Source: Macrostomum hystrix
Lineage: Eukaryota; Animalia; Platyhelminthes
NCBI GenBank assembly: GCA_950097015.1
Contig: CATNEN010000029.1
Span: 496,001-560,000, forward strand
Direction: 5' to 3'
Length of the DNA: 64,000 nt
Below, in pieces: positions 1 to 12,100 of the stretch. A program made the position numbers and the translations under genes. A model generated the notes under the pieces. The model searched no databases, had not been told where the DNA came from, and saw only the letters and a program-made list of their open reading frames with translations. How positions within the stretch are numbered: position 1 is the stretch's first letter; each line of letters starts with the position of its first letter.

Positions 1-1986
1 CGCTTTACCCCTCCGATCCTTCAGTTCGCTACCCTCCGATCCTTCAGTTCGATACCCTCCTATCCTTCAGTTCGATACCCTCCGATCCTACAGTTCGATA
101 CCCTCCGATCCTTAGTTCGATACCCTCCGATCCTCAGTTCGATACCCTCCTATCCTTAGTTCGATACCCTCCTATCCTTCAGTTCGATACCCTCCGATCC
201 TTCAGTTCGATACCCTCCGATCCTTCAGTTCGCTACCCTCCGATCCTTAGTTCGATACCCTCCTATCCTTCAGTTCGATACCCTCCGATCCTTAGTTCGA
301 TACCCTCCTATCCTTCAGTTCGATACCCTCCGATCCTCAGTTCGATACCCTCCGATCCTTAGTTCGATACCCTCCTATCCTTCAGTTCGATACCCTCCGA
401 TCCTACAGTTCGATACCCTCCGATCCTTAGTTCGATACCCTCCTATCCTTAGTTCGATACCCTCCTATCCTTCAGTTCGATACCCTCCGATCCTTCAGTT
501 CGATACCCTCCGATCCTTAGTTCGATACCCTCCTATCCTTCAGTTCGATACCCTCCGATCCTACAGTTCGATACCTCCGATCCTTAGTTCGATACCCTCC
601 TATCCTTAGTTCGATACCCTCCTATCCTTCAGTTCGATACCCTCCGATCCTTCAGTTCGATACCCCTCCGATCCTTCAGTTCGCTACCCTCCTATCCTTC
701 AGTTCGATACCCTCCGATCCTACAGTTCGATACCCTCCGATCCTTAGTTCGATACCCTCCGATCCTTCAGTTCGATACCCTCCCGATCCTTCAGTTCGAT
801 ACCCTCCGATCCTTCAGTTCGATACCCTCCGATCCTTCAGTTCGATACCCTCCGATCCTTCAGTTCGATACCCTCCGATCCTTCAGTTCGATACCCTCCG
901 ATCCTTCAGTTCGATACCCTCCTATCCTTCAGTTCGATACCCTCCGATTCTACAGTTCGATACCCTCCGATCCTTCAGTTCGCTACCCTCCGATCCTTCA
1001 GTCGCTACCCTCCGATCCTTCAGTTCGATACCCTCCGATCCTTCAGTTCGCTACCCTCCGATCCTTCAGTTCGCTACCCTCCGATCCTTAGTTCGATACC
1101 CTCCTATCCTTCAGTTCGATACCCTCCGATCCTTAGTTCGATACCCTCCTATCCTTAGTTCGATACCCTCCGATCCTCAGTTCGATACCCTCCGATCCTT
1201 AGTTCGATACCCTCCTATCCTTCAGTTCGATACCCTCCGATCCTACAGTTCGATACCCTCCGATCCTTAGTTCGATACCCTCCTATCCTTAGTTCGATAC
1301 CCTCCTATCCTTCAGTTCGATACCCTCCGATCCTTCAGTTCGATACCCTCCGATCCTTAGTTCGATACCCTCCTATCCTTCAGTTCGATACCCTCCGATC
1401 CTTCAGTTTCGATACCCTCCGATCCTTAGTTCGATACCCTCCTATCCTTAGTTCGATACCCTCCTATCCTTCAGTTCGATACCCTCCGATCCTTCAGTTC
1501 GATACCCCTCCGATCCTTCAGTTCGATACCCTCGATCCTTCAGTTCGATACCCTCCGATCCTTCAGTTCGATACCCTCCGATCCTTCAGTTCGATACCCT
1601 CCTATCCTTCAGTTCGATACCCTCCTATCCTACAGTTCGATACCCTCCGATCCTTCAGTTGGCTTTACCCTCCGATCCTTCAGTTCGATACCCTCCGATC
1701 CTTCAGTTGGCTTTACCCTCCGATCCTTCAGTTCGATACCCTCCGATCCTTCAGTTCGATACCCTCCGATCCTTCAGTTCGATACCCTCCGATCCTTCAG
1801 TTCGATACCCTCCTATCCTTCAGTTCGATACCCTCCGATCCTTCAGTTCGATACCCTCCTATCCTTCAGTTTCGATACCCTCCTATCCTACAGTTCGATA
1901 CCCTCCGATCCTTTAGTTGGCTTTACCCTCCGATCCTTCAGTTCGATACCCTCCGATCCTTCAGTTGGCTTTACCCTCCGATCCTT
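1..1986. repeat. 23-bp minisatellite array (TTCGATACCCTCCGATCCTTCAG)n; begins at the window edge and may extend beyond it
   Basis: Direct reading. Period is 23, with 22-bp deletion variants and CCTATCC/CTACAG variants. It stops mid-unit (..GATCCTT) at the 5' LTR. Confidence 0.98.
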
Positions 1987-2210
1987 TGTAGCAGCAAATT
2001 CACTTCTTTCTTTTAACTCTTAATATTTAAAGATTCAAATGGTACTTTTATTTCCCCCCTTACCGCTAATTTGTCTATGACCCTTGTTATCGATAGGTAC
2101 AGTTGCCCGGTTAAGACTTAAATGTAACCCCACGACAAAACTAAATAAACAAGCTCAAGCTTTTGCCGACTCTTAAATTTAACAGCAACATTTGTAGCAA
2201 GTCAGCTACA
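1987..2210 (+). repeat. 5' LTR (224 bp)
   Basis: TGTAGC...GCTACA 6-bp terminal inverted repeat. Differs from the 3' LTR by 3 substitutions and 5 homopolymer-length indels (manual alignment). Confidence 0.97.
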
Positions 2211-2214
2211 AAAT

Positions 2215-2225
2215 TGGTAGCAGAG
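2215..2225 (+). promoter_or_regulatory. Primer-binding site complementary to initiator tRNA-Met
   Basis: TGGTAGCAGAG, 4 nt after the 5' LTR, is the reverse complement of the eukaryotic tRNAi-Met 3' end (CUCUGCUACCA). Confidence 0.9.
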
Positions 2226-2234
2226 CGTTTCATC

Positions 2235-3088
2235 ATGCCAAAAACCAGGAGACACGAACCAGGCACAGCAGAAGCCCAGCGTCAACAGCGGCAACCCGAT
2301 GAAACGCCTCAAATGCCCGAGCGACAAATCACACAGCACGCAGTCAAACCGCCCGCGTTCTATCGCAAGTCCCCAGAAATATGGTTCCGTCAGTTAGAAT
2401 CCCAGTTCACGTTAGCCGGCATCGTCAATCCGACAACCAAGTTCCACCACACACTAGCCGCTCTACCCGAAGATGTGGCTTGCTCAATCGATCTGGATAC
2501 GGGAGACTATGCCTCACTTAAGTCGGCGGTGCTCGAATCGTTACGCGTAAACCGGCACCAGCGCATCGAAGAGGCACTGGCTGCAGTTGAACTCGGCGAC
2601 CGCCGTCCATCGCAACTGGTTAACGACATCAAGCGCAAGTTCGGCGAAGTCGGTCTGCAAGTCGATGATAGCATCGTCAAGTCTCGGCTCCTGTCGGCAC
2701 TCCCGACCCACATCCGTTCCGCATTAGTCGGACACGAAGACGCGCCGCTGGATGCTTTCTCTAAAATCTCCGACAGCATGCTGGCCGTGTCAGCCAGCAC
2801 AACGCCGTTCACCCCAATCAACCGGGCCATCGCACCCGGCCAGTTGTCCGCAGGAAACAGAAAAGTCCGTTTCGAGGAGCTAGACGCGATGATTTTCAAG
2901 CCAACCGAAATACTCTCCGCCGCCCTAAAATCTGCAACGGTCACCTGTACTACGCCGCGGAAGCTCGCACCTGCCGACCGTGGTGTCAGTGGCCTGGACC
3001 GAAGCTGACGATAACACTCGCCAGCCGCCAACCTACTCCGACTCAATCCCGCTCAAGCAGCCCAACGCCGACAGCGGCGTCAAACTAG
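2235..3088 (+). CDS. gag: Retrotransposon Gag (one frameshift at ~2810-2930; CHCC zinc knuckle 2933-2986; stop TAG 3086-3088)
   Basis: ATG 2235 opens [27 protein letters not shown], a typical gypsy Gag N-terminus. The -1 frame gives [26 protein letters not shown]. Confidence 0.9.
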
Positions 3089-6000
3089 TGGGTCACGTGC
3101 CTCGGCCGAGCCGCGACCCCTCCCAGGCCAACACGTTATTACTGTTGTGTCAAATTCTCCGTTCACCCGTTTCCTTTATAGTTGACACCGGTGCTGAGCG
3201 ATCGCTGCTCCCACTAAAATTCGCTCCTCAAAATCTGTTGACAACCACACATGTGAAACTCTGTAGCATCGATGGTCGAGAAATCCCAACTTTCGGCCAA
3301 TGCTGCGTCACTCTTACAATTCCTGGTCTCCGTAGACCCTACCCTGCATCATTTATCGTTACCGACACTGCGCCAATTCTCGGAACCGACTTCTTCCTCA
3401 AGTTTGGGTTCCTCATCGATCTGAACACACGACGCATACAAGACCCAGCGACATCTCTTTACGCCAACCTCAGTCCATCGAGTGTGCAACTTCCCAAAAT
3501 CAACGCCACAACTCAACTGGAAGCGACCACACCACTCAAAAATTTCCCGCGATTACTGGAGGCACCGGACTACACCGCGCCACCCGCCACATCTGTGCGA
3601 CACCGCATCGAGACGACAGGTGAACCTGTATTCTGTCGACCTCGCCCATTATCCCCAGCGAAGTACGAAATCGCAAAGTTGGAATTCGACAAGCTCCTCC
3701 GCTTCGGTATCGTTCGCCCCTCGGCCAGTCCCTGGGCCTCCCCGCTTCACATGGTGAAGAAGAGGGACGGCTCCTGGCGACCATGTGGAGATTATCGAGC
3801 ACTGAACGCGGCAACCAAACCAGACCGTTACCCTATTCCGAACATCAATCATTTTCACCATCGTCTACATGGAGCGAAGTGTTCAGCACCCTTGACCTGG
3901 TTAAGGCCTACCACTTCATCCCGATTGCAGACGAAGATGTTGAGAAAACAGCGATTTGCACGCCATTCGGTTCTTTCGAATACATTCGCATGCCATTCGG
4001 CCTGAGAAACGCCGCCAGCACATTCCAGCGATACGTAGATTCCGTCTTTAGCGACCTCCCGTTCGTAACATCTTACATCGACGACATCTTGGTACACAGC
4101 CAGTCACGCGAAGAACATCAAGCGCACATCGAAGAGGTGCTGCGACGTCTAAGCGACAAAGGCTTGGGCGTCAACTCTGAAAAGTGCCATTTCTTTCGCG
4201 ATTCAGTGGAGTTTCTTGGGTACTTCGTCACTGCTGACGGCATCCGACCGCTTCCGAACCGTAGTCGAAGCACTGCGGAAACTCGAGGCTCCCACTGACA
4301 TGCAATCACTACGGCGCTACCTTGGCATGTTCGGTTTTTATCAGCGGTGCATTCCTAATTATGCTGAGATCGCCACCCCGCTACGACAACTCGTCACGGC
4401 GCCATTCAATTGGACGAAGCGACACGACGATGCTTGGAAAGAACTCCAGGACAGTCTGGCGAACGCAGTCACCCTGACTTTTCCTCAAGCCAATGCCACC
4501 TTCACAATCACAACCGACGCCCAGCGCCACTGCCATCGGCGCAGGCATTGCATCAGGTGGTAGCCGAGCAATCTTCCCCTTGGCATTCTACTCTCCGCAA
4601 GCTCTCTGACACGGAAGCAGCCTTACAGCACTTTTGATCGGGAACTGCTGGCTATTTTTGCTGCGGTCAAGACTGGAAATACATGATCCAAGCCAACAAA
4701 CCACAGTGTTCTGCGACCAACAAGCCATCAGCGGAGCGTTTAGAAATAAGAAAGAACGGTTTTCCGATCGACAAACAACGCCAGCTATCCGTCATCACGG
4801 AGTTTGTGAGGCGACATCCATCCACATTTCAGGCAAGGACAACATCGTAGCCGACACGCTATCACGACCGGTTTACCCTATCCCAGAACCCGCCACCAAC
4901 CACAATTCGACGCTTGTCTGACCTTCCTCAATGTGTGGGACCTGCCAGCCGTTGCACGAGCACAGAAGGAAAACCCGGATGATGAACCCCAGACAGGCCG
5001 TTTCAGCAACTTCGACATTGGAATCAAGGACTTCCCACTGCGATGCGAAATCTCGCAGACAAACCCACGTCCCGTCATCCCTAGGACTCTCCGACGCGCT
5101 GTTTTTGACTCGCTGCATGCATTTCGCACAATCCTGGCCGCAAAGGCCACGCAACGACTCATCGTTTATCGTTTTTCTGGCTAGGTATGGCTAACGACAT
5201 CAAGTGGGTAGTCGAATGTCAACAGTGCCGCAGTGCAAGACAGGTCGTCACGTCCAACGCCCGTGCAACAGCTTCCAGCACCCTCTCAACGCTTCACGAC
5301 GGTCCATATCGATTTAGTCGGACCACTGCCACCCCCAGAGTCGACCGACGTTAGTCCCAGACCTCGCTACTTGCCTCACAAGTGGTCGATGCATATTCAC
5401 GTTTGGATTGAAGCTGCCCCTCTCATTGACATCACCGCCACTTCAGTCGCGTGCGCCTTCCTAGAATCCTGGGATTTCTCGGTTTGGCCCACCATTGACG
5501 CTTGGTGACCGATCAAGGCGCGCAGTTCCGCGCGGAGCTCATGCAAAAACCTGGCGACACTGCTCGGAATCCATCACATCCGCACTTCAGCCTACAATCC
5601 GAGGGCAAATGGCATCGTCGAGCGACCCACCGAACATTAAAGTCCGGGCTGAAAGCACGTGGCCAGAACTGGCTGCAGCAGCTACCCATCGTGCTTCTCG
5701 GAAATGCGCATTTTTGCAGACGAGACAGGTGCATCGCCATTCTCTATCGTTACCGGTGAACAACATTAGTCCCACCTGTAGTTGCCGAACACCTCCTCTG
5801 TCAAGGAACTTTCCACAAGACTGCACCAACTTTTTTTTTTCCGTATCGCCAACCACGAACGCGCGAGGTAAGAATTCATCTGCCAGCAGACTTGGCTGCA
5901 TGCACCCAGCGTCTGGTTGCGACTAGATCGAGTTCGACGTCCCCTAGAAGCACCCTACCAGGGACCCTATGCAGTGTTGGAGAGACACGAAACGACATTA

Positions 6001-6212
6001 CATTGGAAATCAACGGCAAGCCTTCTGTAGTGTCTATCGATCGAGTGAAACCAGCTACACTCCCAGCACCGGTACCAATTAGCAAAGCACCAGCAACTAC
6101 TGTATCACCGGAAAACCCACCGGCAGCAAACATACTTGCTAAAACGCTTCCCACGTTCGGTTTTTCTACAGAACCATCTGTTAACTGTTTTACGCAACTG
6201 AGCCATTATTAA
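3080..6212 (+). pseudogene. pol: Retrotransposon Pol (PR-RT-RNase H-IN), interrupted by multiple 1-nt frameshifts in this assembly
   Basis: Protease IVDTGAERS (DTG at 3184). RT motifs [30 protein letters not shown] and YIDD (4074-4085). RNase H TTDA/DRELLA. Integrase HIDLVGPLP and VTDQGAQF. LEAPYQGPY at 5944-5970, then SIDRVKPA. Confidence 0.93.
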
Positions 6213-6282
6213 ACCTAACTGAAAATTCGTTTTCTAACTGTTTCATAACAACAATCAAAACCTTTGCATAAACTCCGTTTTT

Positions 6283-6294
6283 GGGTGGGGGGAG
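6283..6294 (+). promoter_or_regulatory. Polypurine tract
   Basis: GGGTGGGGGGAG a few nt upstream of the 3' LTR. Confidence 0.85.
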
Positions 6295-6299
6295 TATCT

Positions 6300-6520
6300 T
6301 GTAGCAGCAATTCACTTCTTTCTTTTAACTCTTAATATTAAAGATTCAAATGGTACTTTTATTTCCCCCCTTTAACGCTAATTTGTCTATGACCCTTGTT
6401 ATCGATAGGTACAGTTGCCCGGTTAAGACTGAAATGTAACCCCACGACAAACTAAATAAACAAGCCCAAGCTTTGCCGACTCTTAAATTTAACAGCAACA
6501 TTTGTAGCAAGTCAGCTACA
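6300..6520 (+). repeat. 3' LTR (221 bp)
   Basis: Direct repeat of 1987-2210. Confidence 0.97.
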
Positions 6521-6646
6521 CCACAAACACCGAAATTTCTACTCCAGCTGGGTGAATTGAGCACTCGGGAGTTTGAGTTGAGATTCGAACTCCCGACCAC
6601 TCGCGGTCACAAGTCCGAAGCTCTAACCAGAGGGCTACAAGATCTC
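6521..6646 (-). mobile_element. Truncated tRNA-derived SINE abutting the 3' LTR
   Basis: Minus strand shows an A-box (TAGCCCTCTGGTTAGAGC), a B-box (GAGTTCGAATC) and a TTCACCCAGCT block shared with the SINE at 46.6 kb. Confidence 0.6.
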
Positions 6647-6694
6647 AGAATCAAGCAGATTCACAAATTATCCATTTCCCCAGCCCAGTCGCAC

Positions 6695-7227
6695 CTTGAG
6701 CCTTTTCGCGGAACATTCGTTGATTTTTCTCGTCACTGTCTCGCATCTGCTGTTTGAGGCCTTCGCGGAAGTAGCGACTGGAAGGCGAAGATGAGACGGA
6801 ATGGCGTCAATGACGCTGCTCCAATTCTAGACGTTATCTATGAGCAAATAAGGCAAAGCGATTGAACTCACTTGTGCAACTCTTTCTCAGCCACCGAGCC
6901 GTAGTAGTAGCGGCTCCAGGCGTTGTGAAACCGGTGGAACTGCTTGCGCTCCAGCATGGCCAGGCGCTGCTGATTGTGAAAGTGCGGCTCCGAGGTCTCC
7001 GTCACGCAGGTCATGCGTCCAGGTGGCTCAGGTCGCAGCGGATTCACCCGCTTCGGGATCGGCACATCCACTGGCGGATCTGGCGGGTAGGCTTCGTAGA
7101 CTGACGGCACTGGGATGCGGGCGGCCTCCGTGTGCACCTGGCAGCGGCGCGGCTGCGGCGGCGGCGGCTGGCGCACCACCTGCATGATTGGCGACGGCAC
7201 GCCCGGCGGCTGGCTGAAGGTTGCCAT
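6695..7227 (-). CDS. 5' coding exons of an uncharacterised gene (Pro-rich N-terminus followed by a predicted helical region); the remainder probably lies left of the window
   Basis: Exon 7227-6872 (ATG; donor GTGAGT at 6871), a 94-bp intron, then exon 6777-6695 (acceptor CCTTCCAG; donor GTGCGA). Splicing gives an open ..YYYGSVAEKELHNRYFREGLKQQMRDSDEKNQRMFREKAQ. A probable 5'-UTR intron spans 7286-8347 (CTGCAG / GTAAGT). Confidence 0.75.
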
Positions 7228-7659
7228 GGCAACTAATTGGATTTTCAGTTCGATTGCAGCACCGCTGGCTCGGCTGCTAGGTGGTCTGCAGTGATATTAA
7301 TGGTGTCATTTGACTGAATTTCACTGAAATAACTAATTTGGTTATTAGCTAAATTGACAGGTCAGTTGAGGGCTTCAGAAATCGTTAAACTCGATTGGCG
7401 TCAAATTTAGTGCATCTTTTCAACTAGATTCATAGTTTATTGGTAGACACGCCAGAAGATAAGTTAGTAGATTGGGCGATCGGTAAGTAGATAAGCAGCA
7501 GGTAGATTAGTAGATAGATTAACTAGGTAAGGCGGTAAATTTAGCTTGAATAAATTGTTAGATTGGTAGATAGCTGAGCAGAAAATGGTTAGATTAGTCT
7601 AACCAAAGCTGTAGATTGGTTAGTAGTAAAATTGTTAGATTAGTAGATATTTGAGTAGA

Positions 7660-8310
7660 TAAGCTGTTAGATTGGTAGATTGGTAAGCAGATAAGCTGTT
7701 AGATTTGTAGATTGGTAAGCAGATAAGCTGTTAGATTTGTAGATTGGTAAGCAGATAAGCTGTTAGATTGGTAGATTGGTAAGCAGATAAGCTGTTAGAT
7801 TTGTAGATTGGTAAGCAGATAAGCTGTTAGATTTGTAGATTGGTAAGCAGATAAGCTGTTAGATTTGTAGATTGGTAACCAGATAAGCTGTTAGATTTGT
7901 AGATTGGTAAGCAGATAAGCTGTTAGATTTGTAGATTGGTAAGCAGATAAGATGTTAGATTTGTAGATTGGTAACCAGATAAGCTGTTAGATTTGTAGAT
8001 TGTTAAGCAGATAAGCTGTTAGATTTGTAGATTGGTAAGCAGATAAGCTGTTAGATTTGTAGATTGGTAAGCAGATAAGCTGTTAGATTTGTAGATTAGT
8101 AAGCAGATAAGATGTTAGATTTGTAGATTAGTAAGCAGATAAGCTGTTAGATTTATAGATTGGTAAGCAGATAAGCTGTTAGATTTGTAGATTGGTAAGC
8201 AGATAAGCTGTTAGATTTGTAGATTGGTAACCAGATAAGATGTTAGATTTGTAGATTAGTAACCAGATAAGATGTTAGATTTGTACATTGTTAAGCAGAT
8301 AAGATGTTAG
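7660..8310. repeat. 32-bp minisatellite (GATTGGTAAGCAGATAAGCTGTTAGATTTGTA)n
   Basis: About 20 copies, preceded by a degenerate GTAGATT-rich lead-in from ~7460. Lies within the putative 5'-UTR intron. Confidence 0.95.
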
Positions 8311-8479
8311 ACACGAGTGTATAAGTAAGTTGACTTTAGAAACTTACCGGGAGATCAATCGATAAAATGAACTAACTGAACCGTGAGGCAATTTTTCACA
8401 ATGCAACCAAGCAATCCTTTGCTTAGCAAAAGCAAACGCAGACTGGCAGAAAAAGAACAACAATATTTTAGTAGTTTTG

Positions 8480-9165
8480 AGTCTGCCTATCTACCTCTCG
8501 CCGTAGAGCCGTAGGAGGTTGGGCGGGTGTATGGATAGATGAGAGGCTAGAAGTTAGCGCGCCTTGTTGCCAAGGCGGAGTGGAGAAGCACACAAAGTTT
8601 GCGAGATAGATAGAGAAGGTGAGCGCTAAACAGACGCTGCTCAGTTGTGCTGTTCAGTGTCTCAACAATGCAAGTGACCAGTTCAATTGCCAGCTAGTGC
8701 TATCAACTATAATTTTCGCCAATATAAACCAACGAGAGATAGGTAAAAGCAGAGGGGAAGGTATTGGAGGCTGTGGAAGTGAGTTGTTGGTAAAGCACAA
8801 TGGGATTGAGGTGGGGGGTTTTGTTGGTTCCAAAGAAATATATAGTCGTTTGGGTAGAAGGATTAAAATTCCTAATATACGGCATGAAGCTGTGCTAGTG
8901 TGAGTGAGTTAGTGTGCACTCAAGAGAGCAATGCTATTGTAAGGAGTTTCTGTGCCAATCTCTGATCCAATTCTCTGCAAAAGCGACTCAAGGCTTTCTT
9001 CACTGCCTCTCCGTTGTACTCAGGCATTAGTAGGCAGGTCTGATTGTGATTGTCTCCTTGCCGAACGGTTGCTATGACAACCGACGCTAACCACACTGGA
9101 AGAAAAATTCTAGGGCTTGGGATCAGCTTTCTATATGCATCTGATTCAGGTCTTGCTGACATCTT
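8480..9165 (-). mobile_element. Probable decayed 3' end of a non-LTR retrotransposon (ORF2 C-terminus plus 3' UTR)
   Basis: Minus ORF ends ..CLLMPEYNGEAVKKALSRFCRELDQRLAQKLLTIALLS*, resembling a degraded H-x-LL-x-CP-x-Y LINE C-terminal motif. A 25-bp piece (8921-8945) recurs exactly at 26436-26460. Confidence 0.35.
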
Positions 9166-9184
9166 CGAAAAAAATTAATTCAGA

Positions 9185-12100
9185 TTAGGAGACAGGTATT
9201 AGGAGACACTCAAAGCTACAATAAGTATAGGAGACACTCAAAGCTACCAATAAGTATTAGGAGAACACTCAAAGCTACCAATAAGTATGGGAGACAATCA
9301 AAGCTACCAATAAGTATTAGCAGACACTCAAAGCTTACAATCAGTATTAGGAGACACTCAAGCTACCAATAAGTATTAGGAGACACTCAAGCTACCAATA
9401 AGTATTGGGAGACAAATCAAAGCTACCAAGAGTATTAGCAGACACTCAAAGCTACCAATAAGTATTAGGAGACAAATCAAAGCAACCAATAAGTATTAGG
9501 AGGACACTCAAGGCTACCAAGAGGAATTAGGAGACACTCAAAGCAACCAATAAGTATTAGGAGACAATCAAGCTACCAATAAGTATTAGGCGACACTCAA
9601 AGCTACCAATCAGTATTAGGAGACACTCAAAGCTACCAAGAGGTATTAGGAGACACTCAAAGCTACCAAGAGGTATTAGGAGACAAATCAAAGCAAACCA
9701 ATAATATTAGGAGACAAATCAAAGCTACCAATAAGTTATAGGAGACAATCAAAGCTACCAATAAGTATAGGAGACACTCAAAGCAAATAATAAGTATTAG
9801 GAGACAAATCAAAAGCTACCAATAAGTATTAGGGAGACACTCAAAGCTACCAATAAGTATTAGGAGACACTCAAAGCTACCAATAAGTATTAGAAAACAA
9901 ATCAAAGCAAACAATAAGTATTATGGAGACTAATCAAAGCAACCAATAAGTTATTAGGGAGACAATCAAAGCTACCAATGAAGTATTAGGAGACAATCAA
10001 AGCTACCAATAAGTATTAGGAGACACTCAAAGCAACCAATAAGTATTAGGAGACAAATCAAAGCTACCAATAAGTATTAGGAGACAAATCAAAGCAACCA
10101 ATAAGTATTAGGAGACAAATCAAAGCTACCAATAGTATTAGGAGACACTCAAAGCTACCAATAAGTAGTAGGAGACACTCAAAGCAACCAATAAGTATAG
10201 GAGACCAAATCAAAGCTACCAATAAGTATTAGGAGACACTCAAGCAACCAATAAGTATTAGGGAGACAAATCAAAGCTACCAATAAGTATTAGGAGACAC
10301 TCAAAGCTACCAATCAGTATTAGGAGACACTCAAAGCTACCAATCAGTATTAGGAGACACTCAAAGCTACCAATAAGTATTAGGAGACAGTCAAAGCTAC
10401 CAATAAGTATTAGGGACACTCAAAGCTACCAATAAGTTATAGGAGACAGTCAAAGCTACCAATAAGTATTAGGAGACACTCAAAGCTACAATAAGTATTT
10501 GGAGACACTCAAAGCAACCAATAATTATTAGGAGACACTCAAAGCTACCAATAAGTATAGGAGACAAATCAAGCTACCAATAAGTATTAGGAGACACTTC
10601 AAAGCTACCAAGTAAGTATTAGGCGACACTCAAAGCAACCAATAAGTATTAGGAGACAAATCAAAGCTACCAATAAGTATTAGGAGACACTCAAGCTACC
10701 AATCAGTATTAGGAGACACTCAAAGCTACCAATCAGTAATTAGGAGACACTCAAAAGCTACCAATAAGTATTAGGGAGACACTCAAGCTACCAATCAGTA
10801 TATTAGGAGACAAATCAAGCTACCAATCAGTATTAGGAGACAAAATCAAAGCATACCAATAAGTATTAGGAGACACTCAAAGCTACCAATAAGTATTAGG
10901 AGACACTCAAAGCTACCGATAAGTATTAGGAGACACTCAAAGCTACCAATAAGTATTAGGAGACACTCAAAGCTACCGATAAGTATTAGGAGACACTCAA
11001 AGCTACCAATAAGTATTAGGAGACACTCAAAGCTACCGATAAGTATTAGGAGACACTCAAAGCTACCAATCAGTAGTAGGAGACACTCAAAGCTACCAAT
11101 AAGTATTAGGAGACACTCAAAGCAACCAATAAGTAATTAGGAGACACTCAAAGCTACCAATAAGTATTAGGAGACACTCAAAGCTACCAATAAGTAGTTA
11201 GGAGACACTCAAAGCTACCAATAAGTATTAGGAGACAGTCAAAGCACCAATACTTATTAGGAGACACTCCAAGCTACCGATAAGTATTAGGAGACACTCA
11301 AAGCTACCAATAAGTATTAGGGGACACTCAAAGCTACCGATAAGTATTAGGAGACACTCAAAGCTACCAATCAGTATTTAGGAGACACTCAAGCTACCAA
11401 TAAGTATGTAGAGACACTCAAAGCAACCAATAAGTATTAGGAGACACTTAAAGCTACCAATAAGTATTAGGAGGACACTCAAAGCTACCAATAAGTATTA
11501 GAGACAGTCAAAGACAACCAATAAGTATTAGGGACACTCAAAGCTACCAATAAGTATTAGGAGACACTCAAAGCTACCAATAAGTATTAGGAAGACACTC
11601 AAAGGCAACCAATAAGTATTAGGAGACACTCAAAGCAACCAATAAGTATTAGGAGACACTCAAAGCTACCAATAAGTATTAGGGAGACACTCAAGCTACC
11701 AATAAGTAGTAGAGACACTCAAAGCTACCAAGAGGTATTAGGAGACACTCAAAGCTCCAATAAGTATTAGAGACACTTAAAGCTACCAATAAGTATTAGG
11801 AGACACTCAAAGCTACCGATAAGTATTAGGAGAACACTCAAAGCTACCAATAAGTATTAGGAGACCTCAAAGCTACCGATAAGTATTAGGAGACACTCAA
11901 AGCTACCAATAAGTATTAGGAGACACTCAAAGCTACCAAGAGGTATTAGAGACACTCAAAGCTACCAATAAGTATTAGGAGACACTTAAGCTACCAATAA
12001 GTATTAGTGAGACAAATCAAAGCTACCAATAAGGATTAGGAGACACTCAAAGCAACAATAAGTATTAGGAGACACTCAAGGCAACCAATAAGTATTAGGA

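Larger units (their letters stand above)
1987..6520 (+). mobile_element. Ty3/Gypsy LTR retrotransposon, CsRn1/Kabuki-like, 4534 bp
   Basis: Two near-identical LTRs (1987-2210, 6300-6520) with TGTAGC...GCTACA termini, a PBS and a PPT. Domain order is gag-PR-RT-RH-IN with a GPY/F motif. Gag carries a C-x2-H-x9-C-x3-C motif. No TSD found. Confidence 0.97.

Noticed and set aside
2507-6154. Antisense and alternative-frame ORFs over gag/pol
   Set aside because: Shadows of GC-rich coding sequence. The + strand fragments are pieces of one frameshifted pol.
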